NCBI RefSeq assembly: GCF_018977255.1
Contig: NW_024704764.1
Coordinates: 10,230,001-10,294,000 of the forward strand
Length of the DNA: 64,000 nt
Source of the DNA: Callorhinchus milii
Lineage: Eukaryota
Direction of reading: 5' to 3'
Shown: piece by piece, positions 37,473 to 49,529 of the stretch
Position numbering within the stretch: the stretch's first letter is position 1
Layout: each line of letters opens with the position of its first letter
Position numbers and translations under genes: made by a program
The notes under the pieces: generated by a model
Databases searched by the model: none
Seen by the model: the letters and a program-made list of their open reading frames with translations, nothing else
What the model was told of the DNA's origin: nothing

Positions 37473-37718
37473 TCCCGGACCCGACGCCTCACCGGGGATC
37501 CACCGCCCGAGTCCTCCACCTTCCCACAACACCCCGCGCGCACTCACTCCTCCAGTATCCCGGCAGCCCCGGCACCAGCGCCGCCCAGTGGCCGCCGCCC
37601 TCACTGCAGCGCAGTCGCTGTCGGGCGGTGGTCATCTCTCTGCAGTTCTGACTGAGGACCAAGTTCCCAACTCAACCTCTGCGCCCGGACCTCGCCCACG
37701 TCCCGGGGCCAGAGAGAA

Positions 37719-38367
37719 CCCCCCCACTCCCCCACCCCTCTCCCCCCACACTCCCCCCACACTCCCCCACCCCTCTTCCCCCACACTCCCCCCACACTCC
37801 CCCACCCCTCTCCCCCACACTCCCCCACCCACACTCCCCCACCCCCCACCCCACTCCCCCACCCCTCTCCCCCCACACTCCCCCACCCCACACTCCCCCC
37901 ACACTCCCCCACACTCCCCCCCACACTCCCCCACCCCTCTCCCCCACACTCCCCCCACACTCCCCCACCCTCTCCCCCACACTCCCCCCACACTCCCCCA
38001 CCCCTCTCCCCCCACACTCCCCCCACACTCCCCCACCCCTCTCCCCCCACACTCCCCCACCCCTCTCCCCCCACACTCCCCCACCCCTCTCCCCCCACAC
38101 TCCCCCCACACTCCCCCACCCCTCTCCCCCCACACTCCCCCAACCCCCTCCCCCCACACTCCCCACCCCTCTCCCCCCACTCCCCCACCCCTCTCCCCCC
38201 ACACTCACCCCCAACTCCCCCGCCCCTCTCCCCCCACACTCCCCCACCCCCCTCCCCCCACACTCCCCCACCCCCCTCCCCCCACACTCCCCACCCCTCT
38301 CCCCCCACACTCCCCCACTCCTCTCCCCCTACACTCCCCACACTCCCCCCCCCCCCCCCCCCCCCCG
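37719..38367. repeat. C-rich minisatellite (CCCCACACTCCCCCACCCCTCT)
   Basis: Almost pure C/A/T array next to the CpG-rich 5' region of PLEKHM1. Confidence 0.95.
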
Positions 38368-39600
38368 GGTAGGGAATCCAGAGTCATGTTAACACTACAG
38401 ACAGAGGATCACCCACAGCGGATTGTGGGACTCATCACAATGTGGAGCCCAGGGATAGACTTGGATTTGATCCATTCATCCAATCGCCAATGTGTCAGTG
38501 GCGTAAAAAAGACAGTGAACAACGGTTCACAGTAATCATTTTATTTCAAAGAGAAGGGAACATTGTCTTTGATGTGCGATTTAACTGTTGAGAACAGGAG
38601 TGAGGACAACAGCGATGGTTCAGAATAACTACCAACTGGTCTTCTTCGCAGATCTCTCATCCCTTCTTCCTATTGAAACACCTCCGAGTTTCTGATTGAA
38701 CGACTCAATGAGGCGTTTCAACGACAACAACAACCTGTGTTTATATAACCTGGAAACACCAGGACAGTGGGACCTGTTTGGGCCTCAATGTAACTCTTCA
38801 CTTCACCAAACTGAATCTGGTCCCACTACACTGTGTGTAGCTAATATTGATACTCTGTACCACATCCGCACACATAACAAATTGTGTTTAGTTTAAAGAG
38901 ACAAATAATAATAATAATAAATTAATTAGATATCAGGTCAATTGAAATATGTACGAGGGAGGTAAATAAATACTTTGTAGATGGGTTTTCAAGGGATTGT
39001 GGTATAAGGCAGGAAATGGTGGAACAGGTTTCATGGGCTGAATGGTTCCTATGTTTAAATATTCCTAATTAAATTAGATCCTGGTTTATTTTTGCCAGTG
39101 GTGGTAATGGAACACTGATTGCAGGAATAACCAGCTTGCAAGCCAGTTGCTCTCCAGGTAGGAGGGATAATGTACGTGTTTGGGGTGGGGGGGGGGGTGC
39201 GGGCAAGTGTCTGTTGTAAATTGCACTAGTTTGAGGACCCAGGTTAGTGCTGTGAGCCCACTTTTTCACTTGCTGAACCAGAATTACTGAGATGGGTTTG
39301 CAGTTACCACTTCCAGCCACTGGGAGCAGCCCATGTCTCCGCTTGACGAGACAAGGCTGCACTTGCGACACAAGATCACAGGAACATTGGAGGAGGCCAT
39401 TCAGCCCCTAGAGCCTGTTCCGCCATTCTATTAGATCACAACTGCTCTGTACTTCAACTGCAATTACCTGCCTCCGCAAAGCGGACGGGAAGGGGTCTGG
39501 GAATTTCTAAGAGTGACCCTGGGAAAGTGGGAAAATATAAATAAAGATTTTATAAGTGCAATTGTCGGTGTGTGTAATAAATAGACGGTCGAGGCTGTAG

Positions 39601-40850
39601 CTAATTCATGCCTTCAGTGTAGAGTTGTTGTAAGATTCTTCTGGTTCCATCGAGGACCACCGCCCATGAACATGTGCTGTAACCCTGCAGACAGACAGAC
39701 AGGCAGACAGTGACACCACCAACAACAACTTGCTTTTATACAGTGCCTCTCACTCACGGTAGCGTCCCAGAGCTCTTGAGTGTTCAAAAGCAGTTGCTCA
39801 CCTCCTTCGCTCACTCCTACACAGTTGTGAAGCCAAAACATTCGGACCAGATTCTTACCTCCTTTCGTAAAAACGATCGCAGTTTCCTGAAGTATTTCCG
39901 AACGCTATTTTTCCAGGATTTTCCTGAATGCGACGGACGCTTTCCCAGGGATTCCTTCAGATCCTCCAGTTGAGCGTCCAGGAGAGTGCGGAAGAAAACG
40001 GTCCGCTCTCTGTCCCAAGTGGCGTTGTGCAAAGTCCCGCTGTAAATAGCACGGATCCGACGCAGCGCTCGGTGGGCTATCAGCTTCCTATCCCCGGGCT
40101 GTGCCACACACACACAATAATATAACATAATATAATAATAAGTCAGGATCCTGTTCCCGGGCTGTGCACACACACACACACACATAGACACACACGATAA
40201 TATAACAATAATAGCGGTCCTGTCCCGGGCAGCGAAATATGCACACACACACACACAATAATATAATAACAATCAGGGTCCTGTGTAACTTGGCTGTGTA
40301 ACTGCAGCTGGCTTGAGGTTGGGACTGGAGTAGGGTTGGGGTTGAGGTTGGGGCTGGGATGAGATTGGAGCTGGGGTAGGGTTGGGGTTGGGGCTGAGAT
40401 ATGAGCGCATTTGGGAAGTAAACAATGAAGAGTAACCGTAAGAAGGTCGCAGAGTGGATGAGGCTCTAGAGGAACTTCTGCTTCACTCACCTCCATCCCT
40501 CCCCAAAGGCGGGTCAGATCCAGCGGGAGGAGATTCCCTCCATGGTCTCTACAGGAAATTGGAAACGTCGGCGCCTGGAAAATAGTTATTGTAAGTGAAG
40601 TTTTCAGTGAGATAGAAACCCCGCAAGCAGTAAGATAGAGCCTGATGTAGTGAGATCAGACCCTGGTGTAGTGAGATACAGACCCCCGCGGGCAGTGGCT
40701 CAGGGCCAGGGGTACACTCACCATTTCATTCAGGGTGTCCATAGTCTTTCTACGGAAGAAGTGATGTAACCGCGCACCCGGGGAGCCCAGGGCCAGCGCC
40801 CCGGACATCACCATCAAGAGGCAAAGGCTCCAAACACAAGGATGAGCCAT
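39601..40850 (-). CDS. Type I interferon, divergent two-cysteine form (IFN-A), 178 aa, 4 exons
   Basis: Exons 40722-40850 (signal peptide MAHPCVWSLCLLMVMSGALALG...TLNEM), 40491-40574 (APTFPISC...), 39859-40098 (...TWD...VRKYFRKLRSFLRKE), 39601-39684 (GYSTCSWAVV...TAG). All introns are phase 0 with GT-AG ends. The YFxxLxxFL and YSxCxW type I IFN motifs are present. Confidence 0.88.
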
Positions 40851-43299
40851 TCTCCGCCTCAGCGACCGGGGTAATGGGTGAAATAACCTCACACACAATA
40901 ATATAGCAGCGAGAGAGAGATCGTTAAAATCCCCTTTTGCCACTCTTGCGAATAAAGAGTTTCAGCTGTTGCCTTTGTGGGAGGGAAAGTCTGGGTTCTG
41001 ACACACGGGTATAACCCATGTTTTATACCCACACCAGCTGTGCGCATCACAGAAGCGAAAGAGCACATTCGTTTTCAGATTCAGGGACAGAATAAATATT
41101 ATCAAATAATAATAAAAAAAGTCCCGCCCGGAGCTCAGGCTAAATATAAACACACAATGTGGCTTTTTCTGCTCATAACTTCACTCCTCGTCAAACCCAA
41201 TCTGCCCACAGAATCACCCGAAATACAAATGCGGACCACACAGATTTGGTTGCTCGATACTCGCTGTTCCACAGACGCAACTAGTTATCACCAGGAATGA
41301 CTCTCAGTGACTTCCCTTTGCCACAGCGAACGAGAGCCGCCGGTCCTGTCTCTCCACGTGTCAGGTTCTGTGTGCCAGTCTCTCCACGCCCAGTGTGAGG
41401 TGCCATGTACGCCATGGTCACTGTTGAGCCCTTGTTGGTGGCAGCCAGAGTTTCCTTTTAAGCCACAGGTCACCCCCCCCCCCACCACCTGAAAGGCATT
41501 GCAAACATTTACCTTGTTGTTGGACAACAGTAATCTACACCACACAAGGCTTTATTACATAAACCTCACCCGACACCAGATCAGTCACTGGATGCATTGA
41601 TATCATTCACTTTATGGAATGTGTGCAAATTAGCTGCTGTTCGCCTACAAATAGACACTTGACAGTAGTTACCTGTTAGGCGCTTAGAAATGTTTGGGAA
41701 TTATAATATCAATAATCCTATACAGTAGAACACTATAATAATAATCCTTGCATTTGACATAATGCCTCATCACGTCTTTGAGATGTCTCTAAGCACTTCA
41801 CAGAATATACCATAAAGTCCAGTGACTGCGCATTTTGTGGGCGAAACGTGGCAGTCAATTGCACGCAGCAGTGTCCCACAAACAGTTGTGGATTATATAT
41901 ATATAACCTTGTTATAAGTTGTATGATTCTTACACAGACATGTCAGCTACAAAATAGAGGCTCCAGTTAACCGTTTATGGTCCAGTTATTGAAGGTCGAC
42001 CTGACCTCATTGACACTCTGACTCAAGGCCTGAAATTATATCATCCAATTGTGACTCAAATGATATTGGCCCTGTTTGCAGACAGAATTTGGATATACTT
42101 TCTCTTTGCACTATGTTTGTGTTCACTCTCACCTGTTATGGCTTGCCTGATAAGTAGAGATGATGATACCTTCAGTTAGTTCTTGGGCAATTCATGGTTC
42201 CTCATGATATTGGCATTTGTTTTTCACATTGGCCAAAATAACTAGACTCCAAGCCTGGGAGATGGCCAAAGCCAATAGTCGGATACATGCCAATGGCTCC
42301 AGGAGGAAAAGGGAGACATTGTTGCGTTCCTCAATGACTAAACCAGGTTATCCAGTGAGTCAACTCCACCATTGAGTCAATAAGTTGCCAGATTGATTGA
42401 TGCTCTTTGCTGAGTTCACTGAATATGCCTATGCTCGCTCCCCCAAGATACAGATGAACCGCTATATCAAATGCAAGGATTATTATTATTAATATTCTGA
42501 ATACTTCGGAGTATACACATTAAAATGTCTCCACGCACTTCACGGCTAGTTGTTGTCAAGTGCAGTGACTGCTTTTACATTCAAACAGAGCAGCCACAAA
42601 ATACACAGTCAATTCACTTTACAATATATTCTATGAAGCGCTTTGAGATGTCTCAAAGACACGATAAGATGCTATATCAAATGTAAGGATTATTATTGTC
42701 ATTATTATTATCTCTCACCATCTTCTGAGTGGAGTTAGGGCAATCTAATCCGAGAATAGAAAAATATTAATTACCAAATTGTACTTATGGTGAAACGACT
42801 TTTACGAGAGCCAAGATTGAGGTCCAGATGGAGTCTTAAATACTCAGACAACGTGTTGTGATTTTAGGATTATTGTTTGGTTAGGATAGAGATGAGAAAG
42901 TTATGGATTCTAAGCACTGCAGACACCTTTGGTGTCCAGTCTTGAAATAGTTTTATTGACCACAGCTTCACACTGAAAGCCAAGTAACCACAGCCACTTC
43001 CAATGCTACACCCGCACCAATCTGCTTCTGATTGCCTCATATCTTCATTCACTTTTACTGTATTCCGCTTATATCCCGCTCTTGTTAACTGCAGTTATTT
43101 GGAATGATTAGACTGAAATAGTCCTCTCCCTCCCTAATTTTCCTCTCAATATGTCGGGAGTTTAGAACTTATGTTTTTTGTGTTAATTATAAACTCTGCA
43201 GCAGTCCCTATTTATCTAAATATAAATGCAACTTGTTGCTATTGAATGTAAGGATTGAGATAACAAACTGAAACATTTGAACGTTAAACAAGTGCCCCC

Positions 43300-43330
<31 letters not shown>

Positions 43331-43394
43331 ACACACACACCTCCCACCATTCCTCCAGTCTCACTTGGGGTCTGGTCTATTGTAAAATTTTCTT

Positions 43395-43560
43395 GATGAG
43401 AATTCCCTTTCTAGATCAGAAAATGAAAGATTTTTTTTTGCTTGCGGGTGGGAAGGACCATACCTCAGGGCTGTTTTAATTTCAGATTGGGGCGGGTGGG
43501 TGTGGGGGGGAGTGGTAGAAAGTCACGTAAACGCTGTGTCCCGTTCCATTACTTATTGGC
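43395..43560 (+). promoter_or_regulatory. IFN-B proximal promoter motifs
   Basis: kB-like GAGAATTCCC near 43398, IRF-like GAAAATGAAA near 43419 and GAAAGTCACGTA near 43518, all upstream of the ATG at 43664. Confidence 0.45.
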
Positions 43561-43663
43561 AACATCGACCTCAATATGAGCAACTCTCACACACTCACAC
43601 TCACCCGCTAGTGAGCACACGGTTTTCTCGATCACACTCAGTTGCTGGCTGTTTGCAGATAGG

Positions 43664-45395
43664 ATGCCTTTGAGGTGTGTTTGGAAACTATGTCTGTGTC
43701 TCGCCCTGTTGGCCACCCAGACCCCCAGCCTGGCCTGTAACCTGCCTTTACACAACCTCATGTGCCAGAGGAGTTTAAACCTTTTGCTGTGGATGGTGAG
43801 TTCACAGGAATCCGCGCAGAATATAACAATTCTCTGTCGCTAATGATCTCTTGTATTGTACGGCTGAACCTGCGCCTTTCGCTTTCACACCAACCGTAAA
43901 AGTACAAGCGTTATAAAGTACAAGGGAAAATAACTTTAGGCGAAATTATTCTAACATTGAAACGAATTTATTGGAGCGATTTCACCGGGAAATCGAAAAT
44001 GTTATTTTTGGGGGAGGAAGTATTTGAAGAAATCTTTCAATAAAATCGTTTTAGAATTGGAGAGAGAGAGAGAGAGAGAGGGAGTTGTGCAGAGAGAGAA
44101 TCTTCTCAGTGTTTCTGACAGAGACGAGTTCATTGAAAGTGCGGTTTGTGTTTCAGAGAGATTCCATCCCCTTTCACTGTGTGCGAGAAATGGGCTCAAC
44201 CGTCGACCTTCGGCTGAATCTGCGCAACGTGACTGGGCCACTTCAGGTGAGTAAATACCTGTACCTCACCACGTGGGGACATTACATAGTTTTATGATTT
44301 TTTTTTAAGGCGAGAAGAGAGGTAGGAAGGAGAGGTGATTTGGGAAGAGAGTTCCGGAGGATAGGAACGGTGTTTAAAGGCTTCCAATATTGGAGGGAAA
44401 AGGGAGAGGAAAAGAGCGATAGACCCGACTCGGGAGGGGATTTGCCTGGAGTACAGAGCTTGAGACGGTTAGGGTTAGGATCAGTTAGGGTGAGGCAAGT
44501 TGCTGACTGGTCTGAAGCCCAGGACAAGCATCTTAACCTTCATCCTGTAAGATACCAGGAGACAAAGGGCTTGGATGTGGGTAATGGCGGTGCCACGTTG
44601 TCTTGGGAGAGAGCGGCTACACATTTCTGGGTTAATTGAAGTTTCTGGAGAGCGAAATGTAGAGATATGGGCAATGAGAATTTTGGAGAAGATATCTGAT
44701 AGGTGACAAAGTCACAGCGAAGGCTTTCAGGATAAAGGAAGGCATAAATGGGAATGTTGTAGAGATGTCGGAAGGAGCAGGGGTATGGTGTGAAGCTCGG
44801 TGTTAGCAGGTTAAGCAGAACAGGAAGCAAACTTGATCGATTCAGAGCGACGGGTACAAAATGTCTGGTGAGGACCAAACCAAATGACTTTGACTGTGTG
44901 TGGTGCAGGTTTAGAAAGTTACATTGCTCATGCAGGGATGTCTGTATTTCCACAGCCTGGGGATAGAATGCAGGTTTACCTTCAGACTCTCCACCACCTC
45001 AACGAGATTTACAGTAACAACGTAACCTCCACTTGGGACCAGGAGAAGATCCTTGGTTTCCGGTTTGTGCTGGATGAACAACAAATGGAGATGGAAAAAT
45101 GTGCGAAGGAACCAGCCTCTGACGCCATGGTCCACACCACATCTGCCATCCGCACTTACTTCACCAAGCTGGGAAGGTTTCTCAGACAGAAGGTGCCATG
45201 TTATATCTGATTGTATCATCTTTGAAGAGAAATATTTGCATTTAATTGTATTTGTCACTAACTTGCCACAATCTCTGATTTTGTCTGTTGTAGAGGTTCA
45301 GCGCCTGTGCCTGGGAAGTGATCCGAGCAAAGACTTCACGTCGTTTACAGGAAATGCTCACTTTAGCCACGAAAGAAGCAAAGACAAGAGTTTGA
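43664..45395 (+). CDS. Type I interferon (IFN-B), 186 aa, 4 exons
   Basis: Exons 43664-43795 (MPLRCVWKLCLCLALLATQTPSLAC...LLWM), 44157-44246 (RDSIPFHCVRE...), 44956-45192 (...TWDQEK...MEKC...IRTYFTKLGRFLRQK), 45294-45395 (RFSACAWEVIR...TGA). Phase-0 introns; AATAAA at 45700-45705. Confidence 0.93.
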
Positions 45396-46800
45396 GGGTC
45401 TTCTTATGACAAGTTTAAGAAAAGAATGTGACAAATAACTATTTATTGAGAAGTGTTTTTGTTTATAAAGTCTTGGTTATTTAATAACTAAGCATTGTTA
45501 CTTTGGTCTACTGACCTATTCTGTAATTATTCCATTTCTAGATTCAGATTGAGAACAATGGTTCAATTATTTTCTGTATGTTAATGTTTTACGGATATTC
45601 CTGTTTATAGTTTTACTGTGGCAACATGTATATTGTATGAAAAAATCGAATTTATTTTTGTTAATTTTTTTTACAACTATATTTTACTTGAATTCTTTTA
45701 ATAAATGAACAGTAATAATTGAAATCATTCCATATTTTGAAAATCCTTTCCTCTTAGTTCCATAGTTACAATCTTGGATTCAAGCCCCCGGTGTCAATCC
45801 CCTACCATTGGAAAGAGATGTTCACAGTGAATTCTAACATACTTCCCAAGCCCCATGTTCCATAGTTTTTCCACTCCCTCTGCTCTGCAGGCAATAGCTT
45901 GCACCAAGGTCCCCATCCTGTCTGCTCTTTTGGCTCCACACCACTCCCTTGCCTCCTTCAAGACCCATCTCCAGCCTTTCCTCTTTCACCATGCCTTTGG
46001 TTGGACCAACCCTAACCTCCACTGCACAACTCGCACCCCCCCCCCCCCCACCCACAACCCCCTCCACCACCCGCCGTAGAATTTAGATTTCAACAGAAGA
46101 ATTTTAATTCGATAAAACTCACCCAGAACCTCAAAGCTGGTATTTATTTTAATAACAGGCATCCATTCTACTCTTATTAAAAGGTTGTTACAGCAGAGAG
46201 GTGTCTGGGGGGTGGGGGTTTGGGGGGATGTACAGATGCAACAGAGAGAAAGTAGGCTTTGAGAAAATCAGGAACACGTGAAGTAAGCAAAAGTAAAACA
46301 GAGGCAATTAATAAGATACAAAAGACAAAAGTTTAATGGAACATATTCTCCGATTTCATTTAAAAATATACACTTTTTGGTGACAAATTACAAAAATTAG
46401 TAACAGCCAAACATCAGGTAAAACTGCAGCCAATTACACACAGCAGTGCCCCACAAACAGTCATCCCAGTAATACTGATCAATCAATCAATAAATATGAA
46501 TAAATGAACATGTATATCAATAATAATAAATTAATTAACAAAAGAGGCATCAATAAACTCACAAATAAACAAAGCATTTTTAAAAGTTTTTTCAAAGTCT
46601 CTGGGAATGAATTACTGCAACCACATTGACGGCACCTTAATATCAAAAAGTGTCTATGCTCCATTTAACATTTAAATAATAACAATAATAAAAATAAAAC
46701 TTGCATTTGAAAATAAAAACATAATTTAAAATAAATTAAGGAGTTTCTTTATAAATAGTTATTGATCTTTTTTCTCAAACGAATGATCTTCAGATGACCT

Positions 46801-48489
46801 TCAGTTTCCTTTCGTCATTCTTGCTGTTAAGATGAGGATTTGCTGTAAGCGAGCTCGGGTCTCCATCCGGATCACTTCCCAAGCACAGGCGCTGTATCTC
46901 TACAATAGACACAGAGAGGCAGGAATGGTGATTAATGACAGTTGCAATTAAATGGAATAAAATGTCTCTTTTTTTTCAACGAAAATGATACAATTGGACA
47001 TAATGTGGTACCTGCTGTTTGAGAAACTTTTTCAGCTTCCGGAAGTAAGTGTGGATGGTGGAGAGGGCGCTCAGCATGGAATCAGATGCTGAATCCTGGA
47101 TGCAATCCTTCACCACTTCCCGCTGAGTGACCAGAAGTTCCCGGAAGTGATTCACCTGTGTCAGGTCCCAGGTGACGGACTTCATGTTTTTATGGAAAAT
47201 CTTGTTGAGGTGTTGGAATGTCTTGTGCAGCAGCAGAATTCTGTCGTTGTTCTGTGAAAACACACACATGTTCTCATTAATATCCTCAAACTGCTTTCCT
47301 CCCTTTCGCTTTCGGTGGCTGCACTTCCAGCCACTGTACCCTGAATCTTTGGAACTCTCTACCGCTCTCCCTCGGCCTTGCCACCTCCTTCCCCACCTTC
47401 AGATTATTCCTGAAGAGCTTCCTCATCGACCGTGTTAATGGTCACTTATCCAGCTCGGTGTTGTGCTCCATCACTGTGAAGTGACTCTGAGACACTCCCC
47501 TGAGTGAGGGGCAAGTTGTTGTTGTCAATCTCTCCTTGTCACCATTTCACGAATCATAATCTTTCCCGAGTTCTTAGAATCACAGAATTATACAGCACAG
47601 AAGGAGAGCGTTTGGCCCATCATGTGTGTGCCGACTGTTTGAAAAGAGCTTTTCCAAGTCAACCCCATTCCCCCGCTCCCTCCCATTACACTGCACACTT
47701 GTACTCCCCAAATAATTATCTACTATCTCTGAAAATTGTTATCGAATCGGCATCCACCACCCTTCAGTTGTCCTCTCAAAAGCTGACAGAAATTTGCAGA
47801 CCTTCTCATAACCGCTCTGTCCCTGACAAAGCAATGCCCACACTCCCAGCTTTACTCCAGCAAACTCCTCATTTATACTCAGCACTTTGTTGCGGAATTG
47901 CCTTTTCACTCATCAAACTAACTGCACAGAAACCAGCAGGACCTCACCGTGTCTTGCTGTATCCTTGCATTTAATGCAGCGACTGCAGCATCCAAACGTG
48001 TCCCTAAACTCTGCCGGAGGGGCGATGGTGTGAGACCGAGGAAAGAGCCGCTATTGACTCACCTGTAAAGGCTGCAACAACAGGCGCAGGTCCGGGGAGG
48101 CGATTCCCTGCTCCGCTCCGACTGCCACACAATGTCTGGGCACATGGCCTCCCTGTAACACACATCACCATCAGTCAGTCAGTCAGTCATTCAGTGAGAA
48201 TCTTCCCCATCCATCACCAGTCCCGGACACACATGGCCTCACACAGCCGCTGCTGCTGATGGGAAGCGTTCGATCACCAATACGCGGTGAGCGCCGTGAG
48301 AGAGAGGGAGAGAGAGAGAGAGAGAAAGAGAGAGAGGCAGGTGTGAACCAACTCACTTACCATCTCATCCAAGGTGTTGAGAGTTGTTGCGATCAGAATT
48401 TTCTGTAACCGCAGCGTGGAGCAGCCCAGAGTCAGGGAGACGCACAGCATCGCAAACAAACTGAGACCGCACTGGTAATGGACAGCCAT
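46801..48489 (-). CDS. Type I interferon IFN-C copy 1, 185 aa, 4 cysteines, 4 exons
   Basis: Exons 48361-48489 (MAVHYQCGLSLFAMLCVSLTLGC...TLDEM), 48063-48152 (GGHVPRHC...), 47012-47251 (...TWD...KDC...HTYFRKLKKFLKQQ), 46801-46899 (RYSACAWEVIRME...TGA). Confidence 0.93.
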
Positions 48490-48644
48490 TCTACAAATCG
48501 GCGAGAGGCGATGAAGCGAAGGTGTCCACTAGTGATGGCTGTTGGTCAAGTTGGGAGCTGTTCCTTCTTGGATGTGTGAGCAGGAGCGCAGCAGAGGTCC
48601 AACCGCTTGTATCAGAGCTGATCCACACGGTGCCGGGCTGGCGA

Positions 48645-48850
48645 GACGGGCTTTTACGGTAACCAGCATTCTTACATGTCAAAAGCGAAATCCTGAGGTT
48701 CTGATGGAAGATGGAATCCAAAACCCGGGGATTTCAGGAACTAAACGGAAAGTTTTGGAAGACTCCGCAGCTCTGCACAGCGCCACTCGCAGGGCCGCCG
48801 CTCACTCTCACTCACTTTCGGATCCAATTACAAATAGAAAGTTAAACGAT
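48645..48850 (-). promoter_or_regulatory. IFN-C proximal promoter motifs (repeated at about 53785-53985 and 58455-58655)
   Basis: IRF-like AAAAGCGAAA, CTCACTTTC and AAATAGAAAGT; kB-like GGGGATTTCA; weak TATA-like TAAAAG on the minus strand near 48655. Confidence 0.4.
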
Positions 48851-49529
48851 ACCGACTCCGGATTTGGCTTTGGGACCCAGGAGAATGTGTGTGTGTGGGG
48901 GTGGGGTGGGGGGAAGGGGGTGTTCTGGTTGAGGAGGGGTGTGTGATTCGGTTGAGGGGCTGCCATGTTAGAGGAGAGGTCTCTGGACACAGCCAATCGT
49001 CAGCATTAACCACGAGTGGAGTCAGACTGCGATTTGCACCAACTCTCTCTCTCTCTGTCATTGCATTTAATGTTGTGACATTTTACAACCTCCAAACACA
49101 TCAGAATACTTCGCTGACAACCTTGTGCCTTTCCTGTTGATAACCACCGATTGATTTTGAAGTTTAACTCCACTTCCTATATGTGCTATCAGGTACCTCT
49201 ACAATTAACCCTTTCAGCCAAGAGCCCACTCATCTCCATCACGCCGCTCGCAGGGCCGCCGCTCACTCTCACTCACTTTCGGATCCAATTATAAATTGAA
49301 AGTTAAACGATACCGACTCCGGATTTCGCTTTGTGGTCAAAGAGAATGTGTGTTTGGGGGGAAGGGGGGGTTCTGGTTGAGGAGGGGTGGGTTGAGGGGC
49401 TGCGATGTCAGAGGAGAGGTCTCTGGACACAGCCAATCGTCAGCATTAACCACGAGTGGAGTCAGACTGCGATTTACACCAACTCTCTCTCTCTCTATCA
49501 TTGCATTTAATGTTGTGACATTTCAGATC

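Noticed and set aside
37065-38535. Extensin-like Pro/His ORFs
   Set aside because: Translation of a C-rich tandem repeat.
48491-48946. ORFs upstream of each IFN-C copy (MDSIFHQ..., MVKLGAV...)
   Set aside because: They recur only because of the recent duplication, show no recognisable homology and overlap the promoter.
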